Positions 1 through 8,189 of a DNA stretch of 57,118 nt are shown here, in pieces. A program made the translations under genes and the position numbers. Within the stretch, counting starts at the first letter, position 1. Every line of letters begins with the position of its first letter. This DNA is from an uncultured Candidatus Saccharibacteria bacterium (GTDB taxonomy: Bacteria > Patescibacteriota > Minisyncoccia > Minisyncoccales > PWPS01): NCBI GenBank assembly GCA_964435025.1, contig CAYSXL010000001.1:1-57118 (forward strand), given 5' to 3'. Below the pieces are notes generated by a model, which was not told the origin of the DNA, did not search any database, and worked only from the letters and a program-made list of their open reading frames with translations.

Positions 1-2
1 TG

Positions 3-425
3 GGCCTGAGAAAAGAACAAAGAAATTGGGAGAAAGAAAGGGAAGAAATAAAAAAAGAACTTGAAGAACTCACCTATAAACTGGAAAACGGAGATCCGTT
101 TGCTATTCTTGCAATTGAAAAGGGGTCAAAAGAAAAAGAGACACGAGAGGAAAGAGCGGAAGCGACCAAGAAACAAGAAAAAAAAGAAGAAGAAGGAAAG
201 GAAACAGGTGACCCGGAAGAAAAGGAGGAAGAAAAACAAGCGCAAGAAGAAAAAGAGAAAAAGGAAGAGCAGAAAGAAAAAAAGAGCGGAGATGGTAAAG
301 GATTTTTTAGGAGTGTGTGGGATTTCATAAAACTTCTTCCTTATTTTTTCCAGGCTATGGGAGGAAGAATATTTGAGTGGATTGCTCAGCTAAAGAAAGA
401 AGATAAAGAGGATAAAAAAAAGTAA
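3..425 (+). CDS. Hypothetical highly charged (K/E-rich) protein, C-terminal fragment; the 5' end lies outside the window
   Basis: Frame 3 is open from the window edge to TAA at 423-425. It reads ...EQRNWEKEREEIKKELEEL...GFFRSVWDFIKLLPYFFQAMGGRIFEWIAQLKKEDKEDKKK. The ORF track misses it because there is no in-window start. The two K/S-rich ORFs listed at 61-330 are off-frame readings of the same GA-rich DNA. Confidence 0.5.
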   Translation, partial: GLRKEQRNWEKEREEIKKELEELTYKLENGDPFAILAIEKGSKEKETREERAEATKKQEKKEEEGKETGDPEEKEEEKQAQEEKEKKEEQKEKKSGDGKGFFRSVWDFIKLLPYFFQAMGGRIFEWIAQLKKEDKEDKKK

Positions 426-510
426 AAATCGAAGTGGAGACGTTCGATTTGGTTTTATTAAAATTTTTAATAATTCAAGGGAAAGCGGAAAACGGTTGTC
501 AAGATAATAA

Positions 511-534
511 AAACCCTCTCTTACGAGAGGGTTT
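511..534. terminator. Hairpin between convergent genes, possibly a bidirectional terminator
   Basis: AAACCCTCTC-TTAC-GAGAGGGTTT forms a perfect 10-bp stem with a 4-nt loop. An A-run lies upstream and TTTG downstream. It sits between the stop at 425 (+) and the stop at 545 (-). Confidence 0.5.
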
Positions 535-544
535 GCTGATGTCC

Positions 545-1123
545 TTAAAAAAGAGCATGCTTGGTGATTTGAGCCATCGTCTCATAATTAACGCTCATAG
601 AATAACCGATGCCGAAATCTTTCTCTTCCTGTTCTCTATTCTCATGGTTCGCCAATTTATGGTGGAAGGTATAATAAAGACTTTTTCCCATTCGGCGGTA
701 ATCTTCATATTTCATCATTCTATGATCGGCTCTTCCCGTAAAGAGGGTACAAATAAGAAAACACAAGTCCGCAGCTTGTTGCCAATGCCAGTAGTCTTTT
801 TCATCTTCAACTTTTGCAAGGTAATCAATGACGTACAAGCTTTTAGGTGGGCTTTCCGCCGCCTTAGCGAGCACTTTAGCGATATATTTGCCACAAAGAA
901 AATATTCAGAGTTGATATTTGCTTTTTGCAAAATAGTATCGGAGATATCTCGCTCAATCATTCTTTCCATTTTCGCAAAAGTTGATTTAAAAATCGTGCC
1001 GGTACCGGATTTTATGCCCTCTTCTTCTTTTTGAAGTTTTTTTGCTTCCCTCATCAGGGCGGTTAGATTTTCCTCAAAATCAACATTGCGCTTGAAATTT
1101 TGGAAATGCAATATTTTACCCAA
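545..1123 (-). CDS. Hypothetical protein (192 aa), no family recognised
   Basis: TTG start preceded by AGGAGG 8 nt upstream. The composition is protein-like, unlike the overlapping + strand ORF 434-985, which also runs through the terminator hairpin. Confidence 0.6.
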   Translation of the reverse strand: MGKILHFQNFKRNVDFEENLTALMREAKKLQKEEEGIKSGTGTIFKSTFAKMERMIERDISDTILQKANINSEYFLCGKYIAKVLAKAAESPPKSLYVIDYLAKVEDEKDYWHWQQAADLCFLICTLFTGRADHRMMKYEDYRRMGKSLYYTFHHKLANHENREQEEKDFGIGYSMSVNYETMAQITKHALF

Positions 1124-1220
1124 GTTTGTTTCCTCCTTTCCTTTTTACTTATGACTACTTTAAAAGAACCTGCTCCTTTCCCCCTTTATGGTAATATAAA
1201 AAAGGGTGTTGTGTCAATAG

Positions 1221-1248
1221 TTGTATAAAAAAGCAAAAAAGATATAAT
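1221..1248 (+). promoter_or_regulatory. Sigma70-like promoter candidate for the 1307 gene
   Basis: TTGTAT, 16 nt spacer, TATAAT (1243-1248). It is followed by a strong RBS, AAGGAGGGG, at about 1292-1300. Confidence 0.35.
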
Positions 1249-1306
1249 AAAGTAAGACCTTTCAAAATTTACTGGCGGACTAAATATTTAAAAGGAGGGG
1301 ATCTTA

Positions 1307-1945
1307 ATGGCAGAAGGAAGATCATTGCGCATTTTTGCGGTATGTTTTTTGGTGGTATGGATACTTTTTGTTCTTTATCCGCAGCCGTATAATTTATTTA
1401 AGAGCGTTTATCGCCTTTTTAATCATCCGGTCAATCCTCAGGCAGAAGGCGTACAGCTCCTTGCTAAGGAGGTTGCCGATATGGATTTATCCGAGGCAGA
1501 AAGTTTTATACTAAAAAGCATTCCTTATGACCATGATTGGAACGTCTACGGTATGCCTTGGTATTTCCCGAAAGCGGAAGAAGTTCTTACCCGTGGGAGA
1601 GGGGATTGCAAATCTCGTTTTATAATAACAGCGTCCGTTTTTGAGAATCTTGATATTCCTTATCACCTTCATCTCTCTTCAACTCATGTGTGGATAGACT
1701 ATGAAGGGAGAAGAGAAACTACCAGGGAGAATAAGGAGATAGCGCTGCTTCTCGCGGACGAGGAAAAGGCCGAGTGGAGAGTTCCGAAAGTGGATTGGGA
1801 GCATACGAAAAATTCTTTCGTGAGGTCGTTTTGGGGAAATATGCCTACTCCTAAAAAGATAATGCTTTTAGAGGGGTCTGTTATATTTCTATTGCTTAAT
1901 CTCTTGTCGGTAGTGATCCTTGATAAAAAGCCGGAAATGATTTGA
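1307..1945 (+). CDS. Membrane-anchored transglutaminase-like cysteine protease family protein
   Basis: N-terminal and C-terminal hydrophobic helices. A GRGDCKSRF ... STHVWIDY pattern fits the Cys-His-Asp transglutaminase core. Strong SD upstream. Confidence 0.65.
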   Translation: MAEGRSLRIFAVCFLVVWILFVLYPQPYNLFKSVYRLFNHPVNPQAEGVQLLAKEVADMDLSEAESFILKSIPYDHDWNVYGMPWYFPKAEEVLTRGRGDCKSRFIITASVFENLDIPYHLHLSSTHVWIDYEGRRETTRENKEIALLLADEEKAEWRVPKVDWEHTKNSFVRSFWGNMPTPKKIMLLEGSVIFLLLNLLSVVILDKKPEMI

Positions 1946-1995
1946 AGGAAGGTCTTGAAAGGGTAGAGCGAATAACTTTACCCTTTTTTATATAT

Positions 1996-3216
1996 ATGAA
2001 AAATGAAAACAACAAATTTGAACTAATGGCGCCAGTGGGAGATTTTCCAACGCTTACTTCGGCATGTAAAGCGGGAGCGGATGCGGTTTATTTCGGGATA
2101 AGTAACTTTTCTATGAGAACGGGAAAGAAAAATTTCAAGATATCCGAGCTGGGGAAAATAAGGAAAATTTGCAATTCATATCCGCGAAAACCAAAAATGT
2201 ACTTGACCCTTAATACAATTATCTATGACAACGAAATAAATAAACTGGAAAAAACCATCAAAAATATAAAAGGCAAAATAGATGCTGTGATTTGCTGGGA
2301 TTTTGCGGTAATATCCCTTTGCAAAAAATACAAGATACCTTTTTTTATTTCGACCCAGAGCTCCGTTTCCAACACCAAGGCGGCCGAATTTTACAAGAAT
2401 TTAGGGGCAAGGAGAATTGTCTTGGCGCGCGAACTGAATCTACAGCAGATAAAGAGAATCGGAAAGATAGAAAACTTGGAAATAGAAGTTTTTGTTCACG
2501 GGGCAATGTGTGTTTCTCTATCGGGCCGATGCTTTACAAGCCAGTTTCTTTTTAACAAATCCGGAAACAGAGGGGAGTGCCTGCATCCTTGCAGAAGGAC
2601 TTACACCGTAAAGGATGACGAAAAGGGGTACGAACTGAAGCTCAACAAAAACACAGTGATGTCGGCAAAAGACCTTTGTGTTCTACCTTTTATGGAAAAA
2701 CTAAAAAAGATGAACATAAAGTCATTTAAAATAGAAGGAAGAAACAGGGATCCAAGATATGTAGAAACTGTAGTGGGGGTATATAGGAAGGCTCTTGATA
2801 TAAACTTGGGCAAAGAAGAGGTAAAGAGGTACATGAAAGAATTAAAAAGTGTCTATAACCGGGAATTTTCCACGGGGTTTTACCTGGGGAAACCCATGCC
2901 GGAAGATTTTGCCCGGGTCGAAAATTCCGCTGCCACAACTTACAGGGAGTTCTTGGGAAAGGTAACATATTTTTATCCCAAGATAAGTGTTGCTCTCGTA
3001 AGATTGGCAAACAAGCTGGAAAAAGGAGAAAGAATCGTGTTTATTGGAGAAAAAACAGGCGCGGAAGAAACAGAAGTAGGGGAAATGGAAATAGATAAAA
3101 AGAAAACGGTGAAGGCGGAAAAAGGGAGCGAAGTAGGTATAAAAATCGGATTTAAGGCGAAAAAAGGAGACGAAGTATATAAAATAAAAGAAAGATATCA
3201 AAAGTGGTTTGCCTAA
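1996..3216 (+). CDS. Peptidase U32 family protein (RlhA/TrhP/UbiU-type family)
   Basis: FELMAPVGDF...AGADAVYFG...FSMR is an N-terminus typical of U32. There is a Cys cluster GAMCVSLSGRCF...GECLHPCRR. The ORF is open from TTG 1942, but ATG 1996 gives the canonical N-terminus. Confidence 0.8.
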   Translation: MKNENNKFELMAPVGDFPTLTSACKAGADAVYFGISNFSMRTGKKNFKISELGKIRKICNSYPRKPKMYLTLNTIIYDNEINKLEKTIKNIKGKIDAVICWDFAVISLCKKYKIPFFISTQSSVSNTKAAEFYKNLGARRIVLARELNLQQIKRIGKIENLEIEVFVHGAMCVSLSGRCFTSQFLFNKSGNRGECLHPCRRTYTVKDDEKGYELKLNKNTVMSAKDLCVLPFMEKLKKMNIKSFKIEGRNRDPRYVETVVGVYRKALDINLGKEEVKRYMKELKSVYNREFSTGFYLGKPMPEDFARVENSAATTYREFLGKVTYFYPKISVALVRLANKLEKGERIVFIGEKTGAEETEVGEMEIDKKKTVKAEKGSEVGIKIGFKAKKGDEVYKIKERYQKWFA

Positions 3217-3236
3217 AAAAAATTATGCTATATAAT
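3209..3236 (+). promoter_or_regulatory. Sigma70-like promoter candidate ahead of the HAD/glucan cluster
   Basis: TTGCCT, 16 nt spacer, TATAAT (3231-3236), 15 nt upstream of ATG 3251. Confidence 0.4.
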
Positions 3237-3250
3237 GAAAAAGACAGGCT

Positions 3251-3859
3251 ATGAAGAAAATATTTTGCTTTGATTTTGACGGGACGATTGCCGACACATT
3301 ACCTCTTATTATAGGGGTGGCTGACGTTCTCTTTAAGAAAATGGAAGGGCGAGAGCTTAGCGGTGATTTTTTGAGAAAAATACGAAAGGAGGGGATTGAG
3401 GAGGTTTTTCGGGAAGCAAAAATACCTTCGTATAAACTATTTTTTTTGTACTTGAAAATTAAAAAAAAGATGAATAAAGGTGTTGCAAGTATTGCGGTGG
3501 ATAAAGAAATGGAAAGAGTATTGAAAGAATTAAAAAATAAAGGACATGTGGTTGGGATTTTGACTTCCAATTCAAATGAGAATGTGATAGATTTCTTAAA
3601 CCATAACGATTTAGACTTTTTTGACTTTGTCAAAACGTCAGGTGTTTTGGGGAAGGGTAGGGAAATTAAAAAATTAAAACAACAAGGGAGGGATTTTTTT
3701 TATATTGGTGACGAGGTGAGGGACATAAAAGCGGGGAAAAAAGCAAACGTAAAGACGGTTGCGGTACCTTGGGGGCTTAGCTCCAGAAAGGCGCTACAGA
3801 AGGCGAGACCCGATGTGCTGATAGAAAGACCCGGAGATCTGTTGGATTTTTCCTTGTAA
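3251..3859 (+). CDS. HAD-superfamily hydrolase (phosphatase, subfamily IA-like)
   Basis: FDFDGTIADT (DxDGT motif I), a TSN motif II region, and GDEVRDIKAGKKA as motif IV. Confidence 0.8.
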   Translation: MKKIFCFDFDGTIADTLPLIIGVADVLFKKMEGRELSGDFLRKIRKEGIEEVFREAKIPSYKLFFLYLKIKKKMNKGVASIAVDKEMERVLKELKNKGHVVGILTSNSNENVIDFLNHNDLDFFDFVKTSGVLGKGREIKKLKQQGRDFFYIGDEVRDIKAGKKANVKTVAVPWGLSSRKALQKARPDVLIERPGDLLDFSL

Positions 3860-3905
3860 AGATTGAATTCCTGTCAGTGAATTTACTTTGTTTTCTGAAA
3901 TTTTT

Positions 3906-5105
3906 ATGAAGAAAAAAATACTTATGTTTGGCTGGGAGTTTCCTCCTCATAACAGTGGAGGACTGGGTACGGCTTGTCACGGTCTTACAAAAGCACTAAT
4001 AAAAAAGCAAACCGAAATTATTTTTGTGCTCCCCAAGAAATTGAAAGGAGTAGATGAAAGCTTCTTAAAGATAATTTCTCCCGATGCTCCGTATACGGTG
4101 ATGCATGCTTTCGATTCGCCGCTGAGCCCTTATTTAAACGTAAAGAGCTATGCTTCGGATGTTTTTAAAGATGAACCGATATACGGAAGAGATCTTTTTG
4201 AAGAGGTCTCGCGCTATGCTTTTTTCGGGGAGGCTATCGCAAAAAGAAGAGATTTTCAAATTATTCACGCGCACGACTGGCTTTCTTTCGGAGCGGGCAT
4301 AAAGGCGAAAGAAAAAACGGGAAATCCTCTTATTGTCCATGTTCACGCTACGGAGTTTGATAGGGGGGGCGGAAATAGTATCGATTCGCGGGTCTATAAA
4401 ATTGAAAGAGAGGGAATGGAAAAAGCGGACAAAGTTATCGCTAACAGTAATTTTATGAAAAGCATAATTGTCAGGCACTACGGAATTCCGGAAGAAAAAA
4501 TAGAAGTAGTACATAACGGCATTGATTTTTCAGAAGAAGATACCGCGACTGAAAGTACGCATAAAATAAAAGAAGCCGGGAAAAAAATAGTTCTTTTTGT
4601 TGGAAGATTGACACTTCAAAAAGGCCCTGATTATTTTATTGCTTGCGCGAAGAAAGTGTGTGATTTTAGTGATGATATCTTTTTTGTGATTTCGGGATCC
4701 GGGGACATGGAGCAGCAATTATTGGAAAAAGTAGCCGCAATGGGAATTTCCGACAAAGTCCTTTTCACGGGTTTTTTGCGCGGAGAAAGGTTAAAAGAGA
4801 TGTATAAAATGGCGGACCTTTTTGTATTGCCGTCAGTATCGGAGCCGTTTGGAATAACACCGCTGGAATCGCTCATAAACGGCACCCCCGTGCTTCTTTC
4901 AAAACAATCGGGAGTTTCGGAGGTTCTCGAACATGCACTTAAGGTTGATTTTTGGGATACCGAGGAGATGGCGAATAAAATTATTTCCGCGTTAAATTAC
5001 GAACCGGTTTGTAATTGTCTTAAAGAATATGGCCGCAAAGAGGCGAGAAACATAACTTGGGATAAGGCAGCGGAAAAATGTATAGATATATACAACACTT
5101 TATAA
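3906..5105 (+). CDS. Retaining glycosyltransferase, GT4/GT5-like (glucan or glycogen synthase-like)
   Basis: N-terminus MFGWEFPPHNSGGLGTACHGLTKAL and a C-terminal GT-B motif LPSVSEPFGITPLESLINGTPVL. ATG 3906 is preferred over TTG 3888. Confidence 0.75.
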   Translation: MKKKILMFGWEFPPHNSGGLGTACHGLTKALIKKQTEIIFVLPKKLKGVDESFLKIISPDAPYTVMHAFDSPLSPYLNVKSYASDVFKDEPIYGRDLFEEVSRYAFFGEAIAKRRDFQIIHAHDWLSFGAGIKAKEKTGNPLIVHVHATEFDRGGGNSIDSRVYKIEREGMEKADKVIANSNFMKSIIVRHYGIPEEKIEVVHNGIDFSEEDTATESTHKIKEAGKKIVLFVGRLTLQKGPDYFIACAKKVCDFSDDIFFVISGSGDMEQQLLEKVAAMGISDKVLFTGFLRGERLKEMYKMADLFVLPSVSEPFGITPLESLINGTPVLLSKQSGVSEVLEHALKVDFWDTEEMANKIISALNYEPVCNCLKEYGRKEARNITWDKAAEKCIDIYNTL

Positions 5106-5200
5106 AAAACGGGCTTTGTCTTTGTTTTTCGGTCTTTAAAGAAAAATTGTTTTAATTATTACCGGACGGTATTCGTTTGCCATCCGTTATTTACAAAATT

Positions 5201-6430
5201 ATGCCTTCTGTTTGCTTTTACTTCCAAGTCCATCAACCTTTTAGAATAAAAAAATACAGTTTTTTTGATATAGGAAAAGATTCTTCTTATTTTAATGAAG
5301 AAAAGGGCAGTGACCTTAACAATCGCTTTGTAATGCAAAAGGTTGCGCACAAATGCTATATTCCTACCAATAAAATGCTTCTTCATCTTTTGAGGAAGTA
5401 TCCCGATTTTCATTTCAGTTTTTCTTTTTCCGGGGTAGCGCTCGAACAAATGGAAAAGTATTCGCCCGAGGCGCTTGCAAGTTTCCAAGAGCTTGTAGAC
5501 ACGGGAAGAGTGGAAATACTCGGCGAAACCTATTATCATTCTCTTGCTTTTTTATATTCAAAAGAAGAGTTCAGAAAACAGGTACTCATGAACCGGAGAA
5601 AAATAGAAGAACTGTTTTCGGTGAAGCCGCGCATTTTCCGATGTACGGAACTTGCCTATAGTAACGATATTGCCAAAGAAGCGGAAAAAATGGGATTTAA
5701 AGGAATTCTTGGAGAAGGAGTGGACTCGATTCTGGGATGGAGAAGCCCCAATTTTCTTTATAAGTCCAAAGGAGCGGATATCAAGCTTTTTTTGAAGAAT
5801 TATCGTCTTTCCGATGACATTGCCTTCCGTTTTTCCGAACGAAGTTGGAAAGAGTATCCTCTCACGGCGGACAAATTCGCTAACTGGCTTTCGCAGGCAA
5901 ACGGAAGCGGGGAGACGGTCAATTTGTTTATGGATTATGAAACTTTTGGAGAGCATCAGTGGGAAGAAACGGGGATTTTCAAGTTCCTGGAAGATCTTCC
6001 CGAGAAGGTGCTAAGAGACAAGGACAATAATTTTTTGACACTTTCCCAGTGTGAAAACAGATATCCCGTCAGAGATGAGATAGATGTTCATCATATAACT
6101 TCTTGGGCCGATTTGGAGCGGGATTTGTCGGCTTGGATGGGGAATGAAATGCAGAAAGATGCTCTGCAAAAACTTTATGCCTTAGAAAAAGATGTGCTTG
6201 CCACTGGAGATGAAGAAATTATTGACTGTTGGAGAAAGTTGCAAACTTCCGATCAAGTTTATTATATGAGCACCAAAGGAATGGGAGATGGAACGGTGCA
6301 TAATTATTTTAGCCCCTACGGATCACCATATGACGCCTTTATTTATTTTATTAATGTTTTAAGCGATTTTAAATTGAGAATAAAAGATAATCAAAAAAAA
6401 TATGTTGAAAGAAATAAGGCCGAAGTGTGA
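5201..6430 (+). CDS. Glycoside hydrolase family 57 protein (alpha-amylase or branching-enzyme type)
   Basis: The CFYFQVHQPFR N-terminus and the EILGETYYH and MDYETFGEH motifs are characteristic of GH57. ATG 5201 is preferred over TTG 5177. Confidence 0.8.
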   Translation: MPSVCFYFQVHQPFRIKKYSFFDIGKDSSYFNEEKGSDLNNRFVMQKVAHKCYIPTNKMLLHLLRKYPDFHFSFSFSGVALEQMEKYSPEALASFQELVDTGRVEILGETYYHSLAFLYSKEEFRKQVLMNRRKIEELFSVKPRIFRCTELAYSNDIAKEAEKMGFKGILGEGVDSILGWRSPNFLYKSKGADIKLFLKNYRLSDDIAFRFSERSWKEYPLTADKFANWLSQANGSGETVNLFMDYETFGEHQWEETGIFKFLEDLPEKVLRDKDNNFLTLSQCENRYPVRDEIDVHHITSWADLERDLSAWMGNEMQKDALQKLYALEKDVLATGDEEIIDCWRKLQTSDQVYYMSTKGMGDGTVHNYFSPYGSPYDAFIYFINVLSDFKLRIKDNQKKYVERNKAEV

Positions 6431-8189
6431 CAAATTATTCGAAGTTTCTTTTGAAGTTTCCAACAGGGTTGGGGGGATTTATCGTGTCCTTGAATCGAAG
6501 GCGGAAAAAATGATGTATCACTATGGGGAAAATTATTATCTTATCGGCCCTTATTACAAAGAAAAAGCGCGAGGAGAATTTAGAGAGGAAGCGGCTCCGG
6601 CAAAAATGAGGAAGGTCTTTCAAAAATTAGAGCAGGAAGGAATAAGGTGCCACTACGGAAGATGGCTTGTAAAAGGGAAACCCTTGGCAATACTTATTGA
6701 TTTTAATGATTATTTTTACAAAGTGGATGAAGCGAAAAAAGAGATGTGGGACAACTACGGAGTTGACTCTTTGGATACGGGATATGATTTTAACGAGCCC
6801 ACGTGTTGGTCGTATGCCGCAGGAAGGCTCATACGCGAAATTACTTCCTTGTACGAAAAAGAAAAGATAGTGGCGCACTTCCATGAGTGGCTTTCCGGTC
6901 CGGCATTGCTTTATCTTCACAAAACAAAAACAGATGTTAAAACCGTATTTACTACTCACGCGACCAGCTTGGGAAGGACTCTCGCGTTTCATAGTATTAA
7001 CTTTTATTCTACGATAGGGGATATAAAGCCCGACGAAGAAGCGAAAAAATACAAGGTTTTTCCGAAGCACTCGGTAGAAAAAGCGGCTGCGAAAGCATGT
7101 GATATTTTTACGACGGTAAGTGAAATAACCGGCATGGAAGCGGAAAATTTCTTGGGGAGAAAACCGGACTACCTTCTTCCCAATGGGCTCGATATCGAGA
7201 AATTTTTGAGTTTCGAAGACATTGTTGTTAAGCACAGGCTTCAAAGAAGGAGGCTTAGGAACTTTGTTGCTTCGTATTTCTTCCCCTATTACACTTTTGA
7301 TTTGGAGAAGACACTTTTTTATTTCATTATCGGGAGAAACGAGCTTCGCGCTAAAGGAATAGATATTTTTATCGACTCTTTAGGAAAGCTAAACAGAAAA
7401 ATGTGCGAGGAAAAGAGTGATAGAACCGTAGTGGCCTTCTTTTTCGTTCCTGCTGACGTAAAGGGAGTAAACCCCGCGCTTCTTGAGAATATCGAGTATT
7501 TTCGGGATCTTCAGGATACACTTGAAGGAACTTTTCCGGAAATAGAAGAGCGCATCACATATCATATTTTGCGTGATAAGGAACTAACAAAGAAGAATTT
7601 GATTGGTGATGACTATCTTTTTGAAATTGAAAGAAAGCTACACAGAATGAAAAGAAAAGAGGAAAATCCGTCCTTGTCTACGCACCACTTAAACTCCTTA
7701 CACGACGAAATAATGAACCGACTTAAAGAGGCGCAACTTTTAAATAGGGAAGAAGATAGAGTGAAAATAATTTATTATCCCGTTTATCTTACCGGGCACG
7801 ATGGGCTTTCTAATTTGAGCTATGAGGAAGCTCTTGAGGCTTGCCATTTGGGAGTGTTCCCGAGTTTTTACGAGCCTTGGGGATATACCCCACTTGAGGC
7901 CGCCGCCCTGGGAGTATCTTCGGTAACGACTGATTTAGCGGGATTCGGAAGATTTCGAAAAAAATTGGAAGTAAAGGAGAAAAGACCGGGAATTTATGTA
8001 CTGGAAAGAGAAAAGAAAGACGATGAGGATATAGTTAGTGATCTTCATAAGTTTTTGTACGAGTTTATGAAGACTACGCGAAGAGAGCGAGTAGAGAATA
8101 AAATCGAAGCTAGGAAAATTGCCGCTAACGCCGATTGGAGAAGTTTTGTTCTTCATTATATAGAAGCTCATAACGCTACGCAAAAATAA
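6402..8189 (+). CDS. GT3-family (eukaryote-type) glycogen synthase homolog
   Basis: Colinear with animal/fungal glycogen synthase by eye. Shared blocks are LFEVSFEVSNRVGGIYRVL, YGRWLV.G.P, AHFHEWL, FTTHAT.LGR, FTTVSEIT..EA, RKPD...PNGL, LFYFI.GR.E...KG.D.F, TVVAFF and GVFPS.YEPWGYTP.E. Confidence 0.85.
   Translation: MLKEIRPKCDKLFEVSFEVSNRVGGIYRVLESKAEKMMYHYGENYYLIGPYYKEKARGEFREEAAPAKMRKVFQKLEQEGIRCHYGRWLVKGKPLAILIDFNDYFYKVDEAKKEMWDNYGVDSLDTGYDFNEPTCWSYAAGRLIREITSLYEKEKIVAHFHEWLSGPALLYLHKTKTDVKTVFTTHATSLGRTLAFHSINFYSTIGDIKPDEEAKKYKVFPKHSVEKAAAKACDIFTTVSEITGMEAENFLGRKPDYLLPNGLDIEKFLSFEDIVVKHRLQRRRLRNFVASYFFPYYTFDLEKTLFYFIIGRNELRAKGIDIFIDSLGKLNRKMCEEKSDRTVVAFFFVPADVKGVNPALLENIEYFRDLQDTLEGTFPEIEERITYHILRDKELTKKNLIGDDYLFEIERKLHRMKRKEENPSLSTHHLNSLHDEIMNRLKEAQLLNREEDRVKIIYYPVYLTGHDGLSNLSYEEALEACHLGVFPSFYEPWGYTPLEAAALGVSSVTTDLAGFGRFRKKLEVKEKRPGIYVLEREKKDDEDIVSDLHKFLYEFMKTTRRERVENKIEARKIAANADWRSFVLHYIEAHNATQK

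Noticed and set aside
61-330. Two listed ORFs (61-330 + and 74-328 -) encoding K/R-rich or S/F-rich low-complexity proteins
   Set aside because: They are off-frame readings of GA-rich DNA. Frame 3 is open from the window edge to 425 and gives a sensible K/E-rich protein with a structured C-terminus, so the partial CDS at 3-425 explains the region.
434-985. 183-aa + strand ORF overlapping the 545-1123 minus-strand gene
   Set aside because: It has no RBS, runs through the terminator hairpin at 511-534, and has an implausible composition. The minus-strand ORF has AGGAGG 8 nt from its TTG start.
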